This document shows positions 61,670-64,000 of a stretch of DNA of 64,000 nt, in pieces (within the stretch, counting starts at the first letter, position 1; every line of letters begins with the position of its first letter). The stretch comes from Planctomycetota bacterium (lineage in GTDB: Bacteria; Planctomycetota; PLA2; JAEUHO01). The position numbers were made by a program, and so were the translations under genes. Below the pieces are notes generated by a model that was given only the letters and a program-made list of their open reading frames with translations, had not been told where the DNA came from and searched no databases. Location: positions 1-64,000 of the forward strand of contig CBDCWP010000009.1 of the NCBI GenBank assembly GCA_965223505.1, in the 5' to 3' direction.

Positions 61670-62812
61670 CTACTCGTGCAGCGTGGTGCTCTCGGTCTCG
61701 ACCGCGACCTCGGTGCCGTCTTCCATCTGGACGGAGGCGGAGACCTGGACGAGCTTCGTCGGGGGCGCGGAGAGCACCTTCGCGTGGAACTCCATTGCGC
61801 GCTCCTGACCGACACCGAGCGGAAACACCGAGCTCGTCGCGCTCTGTCCACCGCCGTCGAACGTCACACCCTCGCCGCGTCCGGAAACGAACTCGAGATG
61901 CTCGGGCAGCGAGATCGCGACCTTCAGGTTGGGCATGGCTTCACTCGCCGCGTCGCTCAAGATCACCATCTTGTAGACGACGGTGTCGCCGGGACGGAAA
62001 ATGCCTTCTTCCGAACCGTCCGCCGCCTTGTCGTCCATGCGGACCTCGAGGGCGGGAAGGGCTTCTTCGACCTCGACGGGAACCTCGCAGTCTTCGTTGC
62101 GACGCCACTCCCAGCGTCCGGGTGTCGTGCAGACCTCCCGGGTGCGGGTCTCGTACTTCGCCGGCACCATGATGGTCTGGCAGAAACCCTCCTTGATCAG
62201 GTAGCGCTCCTCGACGCACTTGTAGCGAGCCGGCGAGTACTCGACGCAGAGCTTCGACGGCGCGACGCACACGCGCTCCTTGCGAGTGCCCCAGACCGCC
62301 GGCTTCACCTTCTTGACGTAGCACTCACACTGCGACTCGCCCTCCCCTGCGACGGTGGGCTTGCAGCACGTCTTGCACCACATCTCCTGCTCCGGCTTGA
62401 CAAGGACGTCCTTGTCCTTGGTCGTCCACAGGCCCGGCTTGCACACCTCGCGAACGTTCGCGGGCGCCACACACACGAGCTTCGGGCGGTACCCGTACTC
62501 CGGCGGCACCCACACCTTCTTGCACTGCTTCGGGCAGACGCAAACGCGCTCGGTGACGGTCTTCGTGACGGGCGGGATCCAGTAGCGGCACCATGCCTCG
62601 CCGACGTTGGCCTCCGGCGGCTTGTCGGCGGGCCCGTCTGCGCACGGATCGACCGGCGCGCAGGGATCGCACGGGTCTTCGCAGGGATCCTCGCAGCACG
62701 CGACGGCCGAAATCGGATTTCGGCTGCCCGCGCAGGCTCCCAGCAGAAGCACGATCAGACAAAGGCTGAACAGGGTCAGCCAGGCTCGGTTACGCGAAGT
62801 CGTCGACGCCAT
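61670..62812 (-). CDS. Cys-rich lipoprotein with ~23-aa repeats and a C-terminal DUF11/OmcB-like domain
   Basis: Lipobox LGAC; CCEDPCEDPCDPCAPVDPC; repeats like PAKYETRTREVC; C-terminal PGDTVVYKMVI...LPEHLEFVSG...ETESTTLH. Confidence 0.8.
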   Translation of the reverse strand: MASTTSRNRAWLTLFSLCLIVLLLGACAGSRNPISAVACCEDPCEDPCDPCAPVDPCADGPADKPPEANVGEAWCRYWIPPVTKTVTERVCVCPKQCKKVWVPPEYGYRPKLVCVAPANVREVCKPGLWTTKDKDVLVKPEQEMWCKTCCKPTVAGEGESQCECYVKKVKPAVWGTRKERVCVAPSKLCVEYSPARYKCVEERYLIKEGFCQTIMVPAKYETRTREVCTTPGRWEWRRNEDCEVPVEVEEALPALEVRMDDKAADGSEEGIFRPGDTVVYKMVILSDAASEAMPNLKVAISLPEHLEFVSGRGEGVTFDGGGQSATSSVFPLGVGQERAMEFHAKVLSAPPTKLVQVSASVQMEDGTEVAVETESTTLHE

Positions 62813-63044
62813 TCCGGCAATCCTCCCTGGAGCGCTGTGCAGGCGGTCGCGGAGCGAATCCACGACGCCGAACGGCCCTCCCTCAGACCGGTCTGCGATG
62901 CCCGCGGAGCGTACCACCGGATCGCCGCGATCCGATGGCCCGAAAGCCGCCGGATGAAGCCGCCGGGCCCGTGCAACCGCCTTCCAAGCGGTCCGTGGGC
63001 CGCCGGCGTCACGGCACTGTCACCGGCGCGGTCGACCCGGCGAT

Positions 63045-63881
63045 CTAGTTCCCGGCTTTGGCGAGAAACGCGTCGCGCAACGCCTTCGCTTCGTCATGCA
63101 GACTCGTGTTCGTGAACGCGCCGACCAGTCGCTCGTAGGCGCCGCGCGCCCCGCGACGATCCCCGGACGCGAACAGGCGGTCCGCGGCTCGGGCGCGAGC
63201 CTCCATCGTCTCGCGCGCGAGGGTGGTCACCTTCGCCGCAGCGGCCTCCTCCTCCGCCGTTACGTCCTCGGCTTTCATCGCGCGTTCGCTCAGCAGGAGC
63301 GCGTGACCCAGGCGCCCGTGCCAGACGTCTTCGCGAATCGTCTTGAAGGACGCCGGCACCTTGCCGAGCTGCTGAAGCCGGTAGCGGCGCAGCTCTTGCT
63401 CGATGATGGGCACCGACATCTTGTTGCTCGACTTGACGCGGCCGTCGGTCCCGATGACGTAGTCGACCGGCCGGCGACCGACGCCGTATTTGGCAGCCTG
63501 CGAGCCGTCGCGATCGCAAGCGACGGGAAAGTCGTACCGCGGGTTCAACGTGCGCAGCTTCCCGCGAACGACGTCGGGTCGGTGCTCGTGCACGACGGTG
63601 AGCACCTGCAGCCCGCTCGTTCCGTAGCGGTCGTAGAGGTCCTGCACCTCCTTGAGCTGCCGGTGACAGATCGGGCAGTCCTTGAGCCAGAACTTCACCC
63701 ACACCACCTTGCCGCGGTGCGCGGAGAGCGTCGTCCCTTTCTCGAAGCCGTTGAACCCTTCACGAAACGACATGTCGGGCGCCATCTGGCCGTCCAGGTC
63801 GCGGCCGGCGGCGAACACGTCGTCTCCGGAAAATGCGGTGACGACCAGCGCGAGTAGGACGGGTCCGAAGATGTTGCGCAT
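63045..63881 (-). CDS. Exported TlpA-like redoxin (CPIC) with helical C-terminal extension
   Basis: Signal peptide; APDMSF, GKVVWVKFWLKDCPIC, FPVACD, YGV..RP.DYVIGTDG. Confidence 0.88.
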   Translation of the reverse strand: MRNIFGPVLLALVVTAFSGDDVFAAGRDLDGQMAPDMSFREGFNGFEKGTTLSAHRGKVVWVKFWLKDCPICHRQLKEVQDLYDRYGTSGLQVLTVVHEHRPDVVRGKLRTLNPRYDFPVACDRDGSQAAKYGVGRRPVDYVIGTDGRVKSSNKMSVPIIEQELRRYRLQQLGKVPASFKTIREDVWHGRLGHALLLSERAMKAEDVTAEEEAAAAKVTTLARETMEARARAADRLFASGDRRGARGAYERLVGAFTNTSLHDEAKALRDAFLAKAGN

Positions 63882-64000
63882 GTGCCTGCTCTCACACGGG
63901 ACGGCCGACTCTCCGTGATTCTACGGGTCGAAGGGCCGCCGGGCGACGATCAGGTTTGCGGCGTTGCGCTCAGCTCTTGGCGGTTCGCGCACCCCAACGC

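Overview
High-GC bacterial chromosomal window, probably an uncultured Planctomycetota-like organism. This is inferred from an ECF sigma factor fused to a membrane-anchored Ig-like tail, many exported HEAT-repeat proteins and Cys-rich envelope proteins. It holds about 50 CDS and one tRNA-Leu(CAG). Housekeeping genes include rpmF (partial), alaS, thpR, recA, mutM, tldD/tldE, hemB and two cobB-like sirtuins; there is also an ABC-2 exporter, a tricorn-like protease, a pentaheme cytochrome c lipoprotein and an iodotyrosine-deiodinase-like flavoprotein. No integrase, transposase, prophage or CRISPR array was seen, but GTAG-type REP-like repeats lie between convergent genes. All frameshifts I detected fall in the first ~11 kb, including in alaS and recA, which points to sequencing errors rather than pseudogenes. 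The most striking locus is 56076-63881: three co-oriented genes encoding an exported CxxC redoxin, a Cys-rich lipoprotein combining a chlamydial OmcA-like N-terminus with an OmcB-like DUF11 C-terminus, and a ~1726-aa secreted protein built from Cys-substituted SdrD-B-like repeats. Together they are a candidate disulfide-cross-linked envelope system. Family calls come from motif recognition by eye; no database search was run.
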